Below, one piece after another: positions 1 through 9,550 of a stretch of DNA of 64,000 bases. The position numbers and the translations under genes were made by a program. The stretch is from Thermoanaerobaculia bacterium (lineage in GTDB: Bacteria > Acidobacteriota > Thermoanaerobaculia > Multivoradales > Multivoraceae): NCBI GenBank assembly GCA_963664405.1, contig OY761158.1, positions 6,016,001-6,080,000 of the forward strand, written 5' to 3'. Numbering within the stretch: the stretch's first letter is position 1; every line of letters begins with the position of its first letter. The notes below the pieces were generated by a model. It was not told the origin of the DNA and did no database searches. It saw nothing but the letters and a program-made list of their open reading frames with translations.

Positions 1-181
1 AGGTCCAGGCCACCTCTAGCGGGTCGAAGTTGCCGGCATCGATCTGGTCGAGAGGCGAATACTTCGCGTTGCCGGGGTTGTTGCCGAAGTTCGGCCAGTC
101 GGTGCTCTGCGCGGCCGAGGCCGCTGCGAGGAGCAGCGGTGCCGCAGCCATGGTGAGGAGCAGGGTCTTTGGGTTGGTCAA
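1..181 (-). CDS. PQQ-dependent dehydrogenase (quinoprotein glucose dehydrogenase-like), N-terminal part, runs off window
   Basis: Manual translation of the minus strand gives a signal peptide followed by STDWPNFGNNPGNAKYSPLDQIDAGNFDPLEVAWT, the typical PQQ-dehydrogenase N-terminus. Start is TTG 181 or ATG 151. Confidence 0.75.
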   Translation of the reverse strand, partial: MTNPKTLLLTMAAAPLLLAAASAAQSTDWPNFGNNPGNAKYSPLDQIDAGNFDPLEVAWT

Positions 182-250
182 GACGAGAGAACAGCGTGTT
201 CAAGATCACGATTCGTCCGCCCGAGATGCCGGTGGGGCCGACTGCGGAGA

Positions 251-2377
251 TCACGGGGGGAGTCGCGGGGATGCGGTCGTGAAGCTCCACAGCGGACCGG
301 TACGTGACTTGCCGATCGTGTTGGTCACGGTGACGTACCACTCGTGCTCCGCCAGCTCCTCCAGACCCGGCCAGGAAACGGACGTTTTCGAACCGCTCGG
401 CACTGCGGTCGCGGTCCCGAGGTTCGAGAACTCCCGCATGGAGAAGTCGAGCGAGAACTCGCTGTTGACGTCGGTCTCGTACCGATCGAGCCACGGCGAG
501 TAGGTCTCGACATAGACCTTGTTCTCCGCGGGTACGAAGCGCAGAAGGCGGAGCCACCCGTCCCCGCCGTTGGGGCGGCGCTGGTAGTCCGCGAGCAACT
601 GATGGACCTCGCGCCCGTTGACGACATCGGTCCGCCGAGACTCTCCGTTGATGTGCCCACAGAATACGAAATAGACGTTCGGGTTCGGGACGACGAGGTC
701 ATCCCATATGTAGCTTGTTTCGGGGCAAAGACTACCGGCGCGGCGTTTGGCGTCGCGGTCAATGTACCCGTGGGTGGTGACCATTCCCGTGCGCTTCGGA
801 TGTGCCTTGAACACCGAGTCCGCCCAGGTGATCGCTCCGGCGGGAGGGCAGAACTCGAGGTGGACGATGATGAAATCCATGCCGCCGGCCGAGAAGAGCT
901 GGTAGTTGTTGTCGTTGTTGTCGGAGTAGTGCCCGCCATACCAGGACTCCGCCTCGTACCGGGCATAGGGGAAGTACACGTTGTAGAGCGTCGTTGGCTG
1001 TTCGTGGTTCCCCGGCCCCATCCCGTAGGGGACGACTGAGTCGAGCAGCGTCATGCTCGCGTTCGCACGGTCCCACTCGATCGTCTGATCCCAGTTGTGG
1101 ACGATGTCCCCTTCGTGCGTTACGAAGACAATATTCTCGGTCAACACGTTGTCGACGATCCACTGCGTTTGCGAGGTGTAGATCCCTGCGTTGGCGGCGG
1201 AGTCAGCGTAGTGTTGCGTGTCGGGCAACACGACGATCGTAAACTCTGGCACGGCGGTCTTGGGGCGACCGAAAAAGGTGACGTCGAGCGCGTCTCCGTT
1301 CGGGTCCCTGACGTCGACCTCCAGGACGGGCGACGTGAAAACTCCGGTGGCCCCATCCGCCAGGGCGATCGCGCTGGGCTCGTCTGGGGCGTTCCTGTCG
1401 ACGCTGACGACGGAATCGGGCCGGGCGTAGGACTGCTCTCCGAGCATGTTTGTGACAAGACAGTTCCACAGATAGTCCTGGTCATCGGGCAGAGTCGTGG
1501 TGAACGAAAGCGTGGCGCTGTTCCCGGAGATGCTCTTCGTGTCGATCGGTCGCCAGTCAGGCCTGAAGGTGACGGTCAGAACGGGAGGGCTCGCCGACTC
1601 GCTGCTGTCGAAATCGATGGTTTCCTCACCCGTGTCAATGAACAGAATGCCGTAGCTCGCGGAACCGAGGCTCCAGTTCTGGACGATCTCCGTGACGTCG
1701 ATCGACCGCAACTCGGTCGACGTGCAATCGGCCGGGTACGAGGCGGCGCCCCGAGAGTGGGCGCCGTCCGCTCCGGGCGAGGTCCACGACACTCCGGCCA
1801 GACGCTCGTTCCAGGTCACTTCGTCCTCGTCCCAGTCCTCCGTCAATGGGTAGATCTCCATGTCGGCGCGGTGGTTGGCACATTTCACCTCCAGGACCGC
1901 CGACGAGATGAGTGCTCCGGGCGGTACCTGACTCTCGTTGGACCCGATCATGTTCGGGAACTTCATCACGGCGTGCGCGTGAGCGGCAGGGTTGTCGTCG
2001 TCGATGCGTGGGTCGCTGCCGAAGTTCGCATCCGGCGTCTCGGCGGTGAAGTACGCGTCGTCGGTTTCTGTCGGTCCGCTGAAGGCGACCTTCGTGGAGC
2101 TGCTGCTGAGGTAGAGGGTCGTGTCCTGAAGCCCGGCGGAATCCGTCGCGGTGCACGTGAACGAGACCGTAGAGTCGTTGACCACGGCAGCATCAGCGGG
2201 AGAGTCGAGGGTCACGTCCGGCACGAGTACCTTCTGAGTGACTAGCTCGACCTGCGATGGCGGGTTTTGCCCGGCAGCTGTCTCATTGACCTTCGCGACG
2301 GGCTCAAGGTTGCTGCACCCCAGCACCAAGAGGGCAGCTGTGGTCGAGCTTCGACCGATCGTGACTGCTTTCCTCAC
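251..2377 (-). CDS. Secreted/lipoprotein calcineurin-like metallophosphoesterase with DNRLRE/Ig-like domains
   Basis: Motifs PDTQHY, HEGDIV, GNHE, TTHGY and CGHING. Lipobox VLGC follows GTG 2377. N-terminal DNRLRE-like WDEDEVTWN region. Confidence 0.75.
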   Translation of the reverse strand: MRKAVTIGRSSTTAALLVLGCSNLEPVAKVNETAAGQNPPSQVELVTQKVLVPDVTLDSPADAAVVNDSTVSFTCTATDSAGLQDTTLYLSSSSTKVAFSGPTETDDAYFTAETPDANFGSDPRIDDDNPAAHAHAVMKFPNMIGSNESQVPPGALISSAVLEVKCANHRADMEIYPLTEDWDEDEVTWNERLAGVSWTSPGADGAHSRGAASYPADCTSTELRSIDVTEIVQNWSLGSASYGILFIDTGEETIDFDSSESASPPVLTVTFRPDWRPIDTKSISGNSATLSFTTTLPDDQDYLWNCLVTNMLGEQSYARPDSVVSVDRNAPDEPSAIALADGATGVFTSPVLEVDVRDPNGDALDVTFFGRPKTAVPEFTIVVLPDTQHYADSAANAGIYTSQTQWIVDNVLTENIVFVTHEGDIVHNWDQTIEWDRANASMTLLDSVVPYGMGPGNHEQPTTLYNVYFPYARYEAESWYGGHYSDNNDNNYQLFSAGGMDFIIVHLEFCPPAGAITWADSVFKAHPKRTGMVTTHGYIDRDAKRRAGSLCPETSYIWDDLVVPNPNVYFVFCGHINGESRRTDVVNGREVHQLLADYQRRPNGGDGWLRLLRFVPAENKVYVETYSPWLDRYETDVNSEFSLDFSMREFSNLGTATAVPSGSKTSVSWPGLEELAEHEWYVTVTNTIGKSRTGPLWSFTTASPRLPP

Positions 2378-2979
2378 CGGGTAGCTGTCTGCTCGACTAT
2401 CGGAGCGATCTAGAGAGTGCCTGGCTACTAGCACGTCGGTACGGTGGCAGAGATGGCATTTTGTTGAGAACTTGAAGGTAGGATATCGCTTTCCTGAGCA
2501 GATGTGCTCTTGGGTTTGGATCGACGTTTTGGAGGCCGAGCCAGGGGACCTGAGCCTGTCCGGCAAGGGAGACCTTCTGATTGTCACGGGGAAGGCACAG
2601 AAGCTGCTAGTTGAGGGCGAAAACAGGCTTCCGAGGGCAATCGAAGGCTGGCCTTGGTACGCTCAGCAGGTATTTTGGTGCCTTCGTCGCCCTCCTGACA
2701 TCGCTTCTGATAGGGCGTCACACGGCTGGACATCGGTCGCGTTAGGTGAAGGCTGGCACCTTTTGGAGTGGAAGGTGCAATCGGGAACGTCGGCCAGTGT
2801 CACGAGCCCGGGCTCGACGACTCCCCGTAGTCGCGTGCTGTGGTACATGCTAAGAAGGATCTCATTTTTAGCCACCATAACAACGCCTCGCAAGAATGCA
2901 GGCGAGGAGGCCGCTCGTCTCCGACCCAACGCGGCCGAGCCTGTGGCGTTTTCTACCTTGGAAGGTGCCACAGTGTACG

Positions 2980-3096
2980 TCATGACGGGGTGCGGAGCAC
3001 GTCGAGGTACTCGCGGACCACGTTTGTGAGGCCCTCGAACACCGCGTGGCCGATGAGCGCGTGGCCGATGGAGACCTCGTCGAGATGCGGCAGCCT
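2980..3096 (-). pseudogene. pdxJ: 3' remnant of pyridoxine 5'-phosphate synthase
   Basis: The minus strand reads [38 protein letters not shown], the PdxJ C-terminus. The 5' part is missing, next to IS1380. Confidence 0.7.
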
Positions 3097-3138
3097 ACCG
3101 TCATCGGTAGGCACAGTTGTGTTTGTTACCAACACTAG

Positions 3139-4615
3139 CCCCAATTCGCGAATAAATCAGGCGGCTCGGAGGGCTTTAGCGACTCTTTGGAAGTCTTGTT
3201 GAGCGGCGGCTGAAGTGCCGAGGTCGAGGGTGATTCGGCCAGCAGGGTGAAGGAGGACGCCGGCTCGGCCGAGGAGTTTGAATCGCAGGGTGTGGATGGT
3301 TTCGAAGCGATGCAGAGTTCTCCGTTTGCGAGTCCGTGAGCGGGGCTGCGGGCGTGCCGCGACCTGAAACGACCGGGCGAGGTTGAAGGCGAGGACGCTG
3401 AGCACTTGCCAGGCAGCATTGGCCGCTGCCTTGAGACTGGGGACACAGTTGAACGCGAAGCCGTTGCGTAACTCAGCGTAGGCCTTCTCGTGGGTCCCTC
3501 GACCGTTGAGGAAGTGCCACAGATTCCGGCCGTTCAGCTGTTTGTTGGTGGTGATCGCCGAGTACTCGTAGTGGCCGTCGTCGGGGTCGAACAGGTCGAG
3601 CTGGAAGTTCTTGCGCGTCTCGTGAGCCACCCGCTTGCGGTAGAGCACGATGCGGCGCACCTGGTTCCAGGCGGCCACCCGAGTGCGGGTCTCACAAAAG
3701 CTCACCGTGTCGTCGATGCGGATCCACTTCGCAGCCTGAGCCACCGCCGTCTTCAGGTGCAGCCAGGGGTAGAACGGGACCTTGATCGCGTACTCCGCCC
3801 TCGCCGAGTCCAGGAACTCCAAGACATCCCGGCGAAAGAACGCCCCGTCCATGCGGAACTCCAGGCGTACGCCACGATCGACCGTGGCGCGAATCTGGTC
3901 GAGAAGCGCTGAGAGAAAGTTAAGAGACGCTTTTCCATCGTGCACGTTGCCTGGGCGGTTCTCGACCCGCAGGATCTGACCCGACTGCGCCTCGTAGGCG
4001 GTGATCGGGTAGTAGCTCGGAACCTTCCGGTGGTGAGGGTTGAAGCCACGCTTCGCTCCTTCGACCGTCTGTCCGGTCGACACCACCGAGCCGTCGACAT
4101 CGATCGTCAAACGCGCCAGTCTCGCCTTCTGAAGAGCCTCGCCCACCACCTCAGAGTTCAGCCGCACCAAACGCGCCACGTGACTCTCAGACAGTTGCGC
4201 CAGCCACCCGCTCACGGTCCTCGGCGACGGCAGTCGGCGGAGTCCGGCGAACCGGGCCAAGATCGGATCCGACTGCACGTAGCGAAGGTGCCAGATCCGC
4301 CGACCGCCGACCATCAGAAGGCCAAGCAGCACAAGGAGCATCGGAACGGTGCCGAAGTCGCTCGCGAAACCTCCGCCTCTGAAGGAAGTCCCGGAACAGC
4401 TCCAATCCGGCGTGCGAAGTAACTTGCTGCAGGCCGCACCGGTACCCGACCCGACCGTTGACCCGACCCCTGAGATCTGCTCTGCTTAACCGCACTGAGA
4501 GTGCCCTTTCGTTGTGGTGACTTCTTTCGGCTTTGACACCCGAAGTACACCACAGCGGAGGGCCCTTTCGCTTCTTAGACCACCAGATCAGACCGCTCTT
4601 TTTCGCGAATTGGGG
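3139..4615 (-). mobile_element. IS1380-family insertion sequence
   Basis: Terminal inverted repeats CCCCAATTCGCGAA at 3139 and ending at 4615; flanks CTAG and CTAA; DDE_Tnp_1_4-like transposase inside. Confidence 0.85.
3157..4495 (-). pseudogene. IS1380 transposase, frameshifted near the N-terminus
   Basis: The N-terminus (QQVTSHAGLELF) is in ORF 4187-4495 and the body (TIDVDGS, RMDGAFF, RGTHEKAYAELRNG) is in ORF 3157-4341. The frame changes at about 4350-4365. Confidence 0.75.
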
Positions 4616-4643
4616 CTAAGCAAGGAGCAAGCCTGTCTTTGCG

Positions 4644-5142
4644 TTAGTAGCCCGGGGCGTTTTCCACAAGATCTTTGAGATCTTGGGAACGCTGACGCGG
4701 CAGTAGCGAGTCTGGGGTGCGGGTGGATACCGAAATAACCTCCGCCAGCCGGGCGCGGTCACAGCGCCGCCGGGCCTCCGCGCCGGCCCTCCAGGTCCGC
4801 TCCGAGACATCCGCCACGCGCTGAATCGGCGGGAAGTGCAAGCTGAGCGCCCGAGCCGCCCCCGGAGAAAGTTCGGACCATCATTCGCCGTCAGAAACCC
4901 ATGCGCCCGCGTGGTGAGCGCCAGTTTGCACGCCGTCACGTTCGACACGATCTGGTCGTCCGAGGTGCGAGCGATCCATTCGTCCTGACTTCGGGCCCAG
5001 ATGACGCAGTTTTGACATGGTGTTGACGGGCGGCCTCACGGACGGATCGGCGCGCGCCGAGGGCGACGTAGGCGAGGAAGGCCGCGTAGGATTTAGTGGT
5101 TTCGTCGGCGCGGCGGTCCCAGAGTCGCGGGGTGTCGGTCAT
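4644..5142 (-). pseudogene. Degraded phage/plasmid-type protein (WDRRADETTKSYAAF N-terminus, terminase-small-subunit-like)
   Basis: Pieces in three frames (4936-5142, 4616-4948, 4644-4841) appear to be consecutive parts of one gene. Confidence 0.35.
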
Positions 5143-5408
5143 TCGGCGTGCCTCTAGCTTGCTAGTAAACCACGGCTACAAATACTTTCTGACGGCCCCG
5201 CGTTCGGCGGTCGCGCCCGCCGAGTAGTGAGCGACCATGCGGGCGCTTCCCCTTCCCCGCTGACCGGGAATACGCGAGCGCCGATTCCAACCCGGCCAAC
5301 GTGCGATTCAGCCCGGATTGAAACCCCGCCGCGCCGCCCGATCCCCGGTGGCTATCGAAGCGCGGCCCGAACACCGCGCCGGCCACCTACCCCGCCGAGC
5401 CACAATCG

Positions 5409-5437
5409 TTGACCCCAAACCTCCTGCATGCTAGCAT
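5409..5437 (+). promoter_or_regulatory. Sigma70-like promoter of the par operon, overlapping the CATG array
   Basis: TTGACC (5409-5414), 17-nt spacer, TAGCAT (5432-5437). Confidence 0.5.
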
Positions 5438-5472
5438 GACTGCATGCAAGCATGTTCGCATGTTTTCATGCT
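5425..5472. repeat. 8-bp-period CATG array 1 (candidate centromere/operator)
   Basis: CATG at 5427, 5435, 5443, 5451, 5459 and 5467. Confidence 0.8.
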
Positions 5473-5536
5473 ACTCCCTTCAAGGCCCGGATCGGCCTCC
5501 CCTCTCTCGGTATCAACAGCAACAGGAGTTTTCATC

Positions 5537-6193
5537 ATGGCTATCAAAGTAGCCGTCGTTTCCCAGAAAGGCGGTGTCGGAAAAAGCACCATCGCCCGTC
5601 TGATTGGCCGCGAGTTTGCCCACAATGGCTGGCTTGTCAAGATCGCGGACATGGACGTGCAGCAAGGAACCAGCTACCACTGGTACAAACGCCGAGCTGC
5701 CAATCAGGTAGTACCGGAGATCCGCACCGAAACCTTTACGAGCGTCAACATAGCCCTGACCGAAGCGGACAATTTCGATCTGTTCATCTTTGACGGTGCG
5801 CCCCACGCCACTGCTGCTACCCGAGACATGGCCCTTGCCTCCGATCTGGTGATCCTGCCTACGGGCCTTGCTGTTGATGATCTGCACCCGCAAATAGGGC
5901 TTGCTCACGAACTAACCCACCAGCACGGCCTGGAACCGGACAAGCTCGCCTTTGTCCTCTGGCGGGTAGGTGACAGCGAAATCGAGATACGGCACGCAAG
6001 GGAGTACATCGAGACAGCAGGCTACAGCGCCCTTGCCGGTGACGTGCCGGAACGCACCGCCTATCGTCGTGCAAGCGACGCCGGACGCACTGCCACCGAA
6101 ACGCAGTACAAAACCCTCAACCACCGCGCCGACATAACCGCACAGAGCATCATCGACGCAATCACCAAGATTGCCAACAGAAAGGCCGCTTAA
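5537..6193 (+). CDS. parA: ParA family partition ATPase (short, type Ib)
   Basis: Deviant Walker A SQKGGVGKST, DMDVQQG, DGAP; RBS AGGAG; no N-terminal HTH. Confidence 0.9.
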   Translation: MAIKVAVVSQKGGVGKSTIARLIGREFAHNGWLVKIADMDVQQGTSYHWYKRRAANQVVPEIRTETFTSVNIALTEADNFDLFIFDGAPHATAATRDMALASDLVILPTGLAVDDLHPQIGLAHELTHQHGLEPDKLAFVLWRVGDSEIEIRHAREYIETAGYSALAGDVPERTAYRRASDAGRTATETQYKTLNHRADITAQSIIDAITKIANRKAA

Positions 6194-6430
6194 ATGAGCA
6201 AGATAGATGGACTTAAAAAGCCCACAAACAACCCCAAGGGAGCGCCACCCGGACCAGCCGAGGCACCGGCGAACCTTCTGCGACCCCCGATAGGGGAGAG
6301 CGTACCGTTTCAGGTCCGAATACCCGCCACCTACAAGCGCGACTTCAAGACAGATGCAGCAGCCAGCGAAATCACTTCCAGTCAACTGTTCTTAAAGGTG
6401 TACGACTTCTACAAAGAACACCATGCATGA
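6194..6430 (+). CDS. Small ParA partner (ParG/RHH-like centromere-binding protein)
   Basis: 78 aa, abuts the parA stop; disordered N-terminus then VPFQVRIPATYKRDFK (beta-alpha-alpha pattern). Confidence 0.65.
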   Translation: MSKIDGLKKPTNNPKGAPPGPAEAPANLLRPPIGESVPFQVRIPATYKRDFKTDAAASEITSSQLFLKVYDFYKEHHA

Positions 6431-6463
6431 CAGCATGCTTGCATGCAATCATGCTTGCATGAT
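6424..6463. repeat. 8-bp-period CATG array 2
   Basis: CATG at 6426, 6434, 6442, 6450 and 6458, directly after the par operon. Confidence 0.8.
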
Positions 6464-6550
6464 ACAACATGGAAATGGTTTGTTAAGACTTTTCCTGTAT
6501 CAATGAAGGGGAAACACAGTCTCGTTGTGAACAGTGGAGAAGGGGAGCAC

Positions 6551-6742
6551 ATGGCGGATTTGGAAGACTTCTACTACGACCAAAAAGCTACAGAGCTGGC
6601 AGAGAAGCTAGTACGGACGCTCCAACAGGACCGCGACGAACTCGGCAACGAAGCGCGAGCCAATCTCAGCCGCGAACCGAATCGAAGAAACATCCATCAT
6701 CCCAAAGACACGGCCAAAATCGCCCTTCAACTTGGCTGCTGA
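6551..6742 (+). CDS. Hypothetical protein (possibly truncated)
   Basis: RBS GGGGAG before the ATG; no recognisable domain. Confidence 0.35.
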   Translation: MADLEDFYYDQKATELAEKLVRTLQQDRDELGNEARANLSREPNRRNIHHPKDTAKIALQLGC

Positions 6743-6852
6743 TACATCTGCCACTGAAGTCCTCCAACCCCCGCCAGCCCTCAAGCCGGAGCCGCCTGGA
6801 CCCACAGGACCGTGATTTACCGAATCCAGACGGTAAAGGAGAACCGAAAATC

Positions 6853-7338
6853 ATGAAACATAATCCATTCCTCCTAGCTCCCATCATGCTTCTCTTTCTT
6901 GTCAATCCTGCCAATGCTGCCATTTCAGGGTCTAGCTACATGAACGACTTAGACGATGTGCAGCGCGAAGCGTTTCTGTTTGGTGCCCTAGAAATGGCCA
7001 TCTCCATCTATTCCAAAGAGGAGAGAGGTGAGAAGGCGGTTTGTGTGGGCCAGTGGTTTTCCAGTTCGAGAGAGGACGCTGAGAAGGAGATAATGGATTT
7101 CATGTCCAATCCCAACAATGGAAAATACACCGCATCAGGTCTTATAGGAATTAATTGTGGTGGATCGGCATTGCCCCGACGATCCGAAAACCACAGCGCA
7201 GCCGAGTGGGGGAGGGGAGTACAACAATTTGACCCACTGCAAGGCGATCATCAAACTAAACAGCATGCAAGCATGAATACATGCAACCATGCTGGTTTGT
7301 GGACACCTGCACGTTGTCGGTTGACGGGTTTAGAGTAA
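6853..7338 (+). CDS. Hypothetical secreted protein (C-terminus may be frameshifted)
   Basis: RBS AGGAG; signal peptide MKHNPFLLAPIMLLFLVNPANA. Confidence 0.45.
   Translation: MKHNPFLLAPIMLLFLVNPANAAISGSSYMNDLDDVQREAFLFGALEMAISIYSKEERGEKAVCVGQWFSSSREDAEKEIMDFMSNPNNGKYTASGLIGINCGGSALPRRSENHSAAEWGRGVQQFDPLQGDHQTKQHASMNTCNHAGLWTPARCRLTGLE
7262..7293. repeat. 8-bp-period CATG array 3
   Basis: CATG at 7264, 7272, 7280 and 7288, upstream of repA. Confidence 0.7.
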
Positions 7339-7486
7339 CCCTGCACGATCGAGCAGTAGAAAATACGGATATGCACGCATTAGGCGTGGTTTAGATCTGT
7401 GAACAACTAGAAGTTGAGTATTGACGAGCGCAGAAGAAGCATGCCACCATCGCATCTGATACAACGCCAAGCGGGAAGAACAAGGT

Positions 7487-7783
7487 ATGACCAAACAGAG
7501 GGATCGGGGAGAAGGGTTTCAAGAGATCGGCGGACTGATTCAGAACGTTGTGAAGGAGTACAAGGAGTACAAGCCTCTTAGTCTGGTGGAGAAGCGGCTA
7601 ATCAAGAATTCCACCGAGATCAGGACATTTCCACCCGAAGAAGTAAACTTCCTGCACTCGCTCTTCTGCCAAACTATCTTGCCCTATCGCAGCCTCCCTG
7701 AGCGCGTTTGGGAACATGCCAATGGCCGAGCAAATGTCCGCGTCGAAGCGGGGAGCGCCTATCACCCGGACAGCGACAAATTC
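7487..7783 (+). pseudogene. repA: Plasmid replication initiator (RepA_C/IncW-like), 5' fragment fused to IS110 sequence
   Basis: FLHSLFCQTILPYR...WEHANGRANVRVEAG...HP motif. From 7784 the sequence switches to the internal IS110 segment identical to 11163-11216. Confidence 0.65.
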
Positions 7784-8186
7784 GTGGTCATGGAGGCCTG
7801 TGGCTCCGCGCACTACTGGGGCCGGGAAATAGGAGAGTGAGAGTGAGCACGATAATCGATGGCGGTCCGATCACGATAAGTGATGGTCGCGTAGCCTTTT
7901 GAAGGACTTAGCCGAAGCTGCGTTTCGCTGCCACTTGCCTCAGACGGTCTTGTTCACAGTATTTGATGGCGATTCGAGGAAACCCGATCACGTTGTCTGG
8001 TGGGAATGGGTGTTCCGTTCAAGGTATCTGAGGGCGCAACCAGGGGCCCAAGCGCGATGGAAGCTCGGCGAACCGCCTCGATCGCCCATCAGATAGCGTG
8101 CCGTTCATCCCATCGCTGCGTGTCAGCCCTCGTTCAGCGTGATCAGCGAAAGAACAAGTATGGACTGCGCGTCAGGCCCCGACGGC

Positions 8187-9550
8187 GGATGTGTCCCGTT
8201 TTTTGTGGAAATGGGTTCAGGCGTAGTCCTCCGAGTCGTCTTTTGCTAAATCCTACCGTTTACGCGGCCCTCTCAACCTCGAGCAGGAGCTGAAGCGCCC
8301 GGTAGCCGTTAATCCTTCGCAGGTGTATCTGCCCGAAGGCGACGAGCCCCCAGAGGAGCGTGACGCCGGCAGCCTCGGTGGCAAAGGAGCCCTGGGTTTT
8401 AGTGCGGCGACGAAACTCGCGGTTCAGGTTCTCCAGAGCGTTGGTCGTGCGCACCGAACTCCACAGCGATTTGGGGAGCTCGTAGAAGGTCAGTAGCTGG
8501 AACCCTGCCTCCTCAAGGCTGCGAGCCACCGCCGGGACTAGTCGCGACCACTTGGTGACGAACGCCGCGTAGGCCTTGCGGGCCTGTGCCGCGTCCTCGG
8601 CTCGTACGATCGAGTGCCAGTCACGCCGCAGCTCGTCGTGTGCGTGCACCGGGCAGTGTTTCTTCAGATTCTCCCACTTGTGTTGGACGCAGCGCTGGAC
8701 TTTGACCTCAGGCCAAGCCTTCAGCGCCGCGGCCAGCCCTTTGTGGCCATCCGTGACCAGGTAGCGCGGAGCCTGAAGACCTCGGGCCTTCAGATCCTCG
8801 ATCAGCCACTTCCAGTGCTCGGCGGCCTCGCTCGCGGCTAAACGTAAGGCCACCAGCACCTTGGTGCCGTCCGGAGTCACACCCAGCACCACCAGCACCG
8901 GTACCGAGACCACTCGACGGGCCAAGCGGACCTTCAGGTGAAAGCCATCGAGAAACAGAAGCACGTAGGACTCCTCCGACAGATCGCGCTCACTCCAGCG
9001 AGCAAAAAGCTCCTTCAGCCGAGACACCACACGCGAAACTGCGCTCTTGGACAGGTGCTCCTCACCCAGCAGCGGAGCCAATGCCTTCTTGATCCGGCGG
9101 CTGTTAGCGCCAGCCAGATACGCACCCAGGATCGCGTCATCGACCTCCTGCGTACGACGAGCGTAACGCGGCACGATCGCACTGCGAAACTCTACGCTGG
9201 CCCCATCCTCGCCGACTAGCCGTCCTCGTGGAATGTCCAGTTCCTTCGACCCACACGCCGTCGTGATCAGACGACGCTGCTTGCCGTTGCGATAGCCCGC
9301 ACGCTCGCCTGAACGCTCGTAGGCGCTGCAGCCCAGCGCCTCGGACAGCTCTTCCTCGAGTGTGATCTCGATCGCCGCACGAACACGCTCGCGTAACAAC
9401 GAACGAATGTCCTGACGGAAGCGTGCAGCTTCCCCTTCCTCGTTGATATTCTCCACCATGGCGTAATCCTCCGTTCGCCCTAACCGGCGATGTGTTTGAC
9501 CACTAGGAGGTTACGCCATTCTCAATTTCCACAGCATTCGGGACGGATCC
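8187..9550 (-). mobile_element. IS256-family insertion sequence
   Basis: Imperfect TIRs (GGATGTGTCCCG...TGTGGAAAT); 8-bp direct repeat CCGACGGC (8179-8186, 9551-9558). Confidence 0.9.
8260..9459 (-). CDS. IS256 transposase
   Basis: GYRNG, LFLDG, VTDGHKGL, QRCVQHK and RTTNALENLNREFRRR motifs. Confidence 0.93.
   Translation of the reverse strand: MVENINEEGEAARFRQDIRSLLRERVRAAIEITLEEELSEALGCSAYERSGERAGYRNGKQRRLITTACGSKELDIPRGRLVGEDGASVEFRSAIVPRYARRTQEVDDAILGAYLAGANSRRIKKALAPLLGEEHLSKSAVSRVVSRLKELFARWSERDLSEESYVLLFLDGFHLKVRLARRVVSVPVLVVLGVTPDGTKVLVALRLAASEAAEHWKWLIEDLKARGLQAPRYLVTDGHKGLAAALKAWPEVKVQRCVQHKWENLKKHCPVHAHDELRRDWHSIVRAEDAAQARKAYAAFVTKWSRLVPAVARSLEEAGFQLLTFYELPKSLWSSVRTTNALENLNREFRRRTKTQGSFATEAAGVTLLWGLVAFGQIHLRRINGYRALQLLLEVERAA

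Noticed and set aside
7838-8186. Group II intron or structured ncRNA inserted in IS110
   Set aside because: No GUGYG 5' end or domain V was seen. TIRs plus a 5-bp duplication explain it as a transposon derivative.
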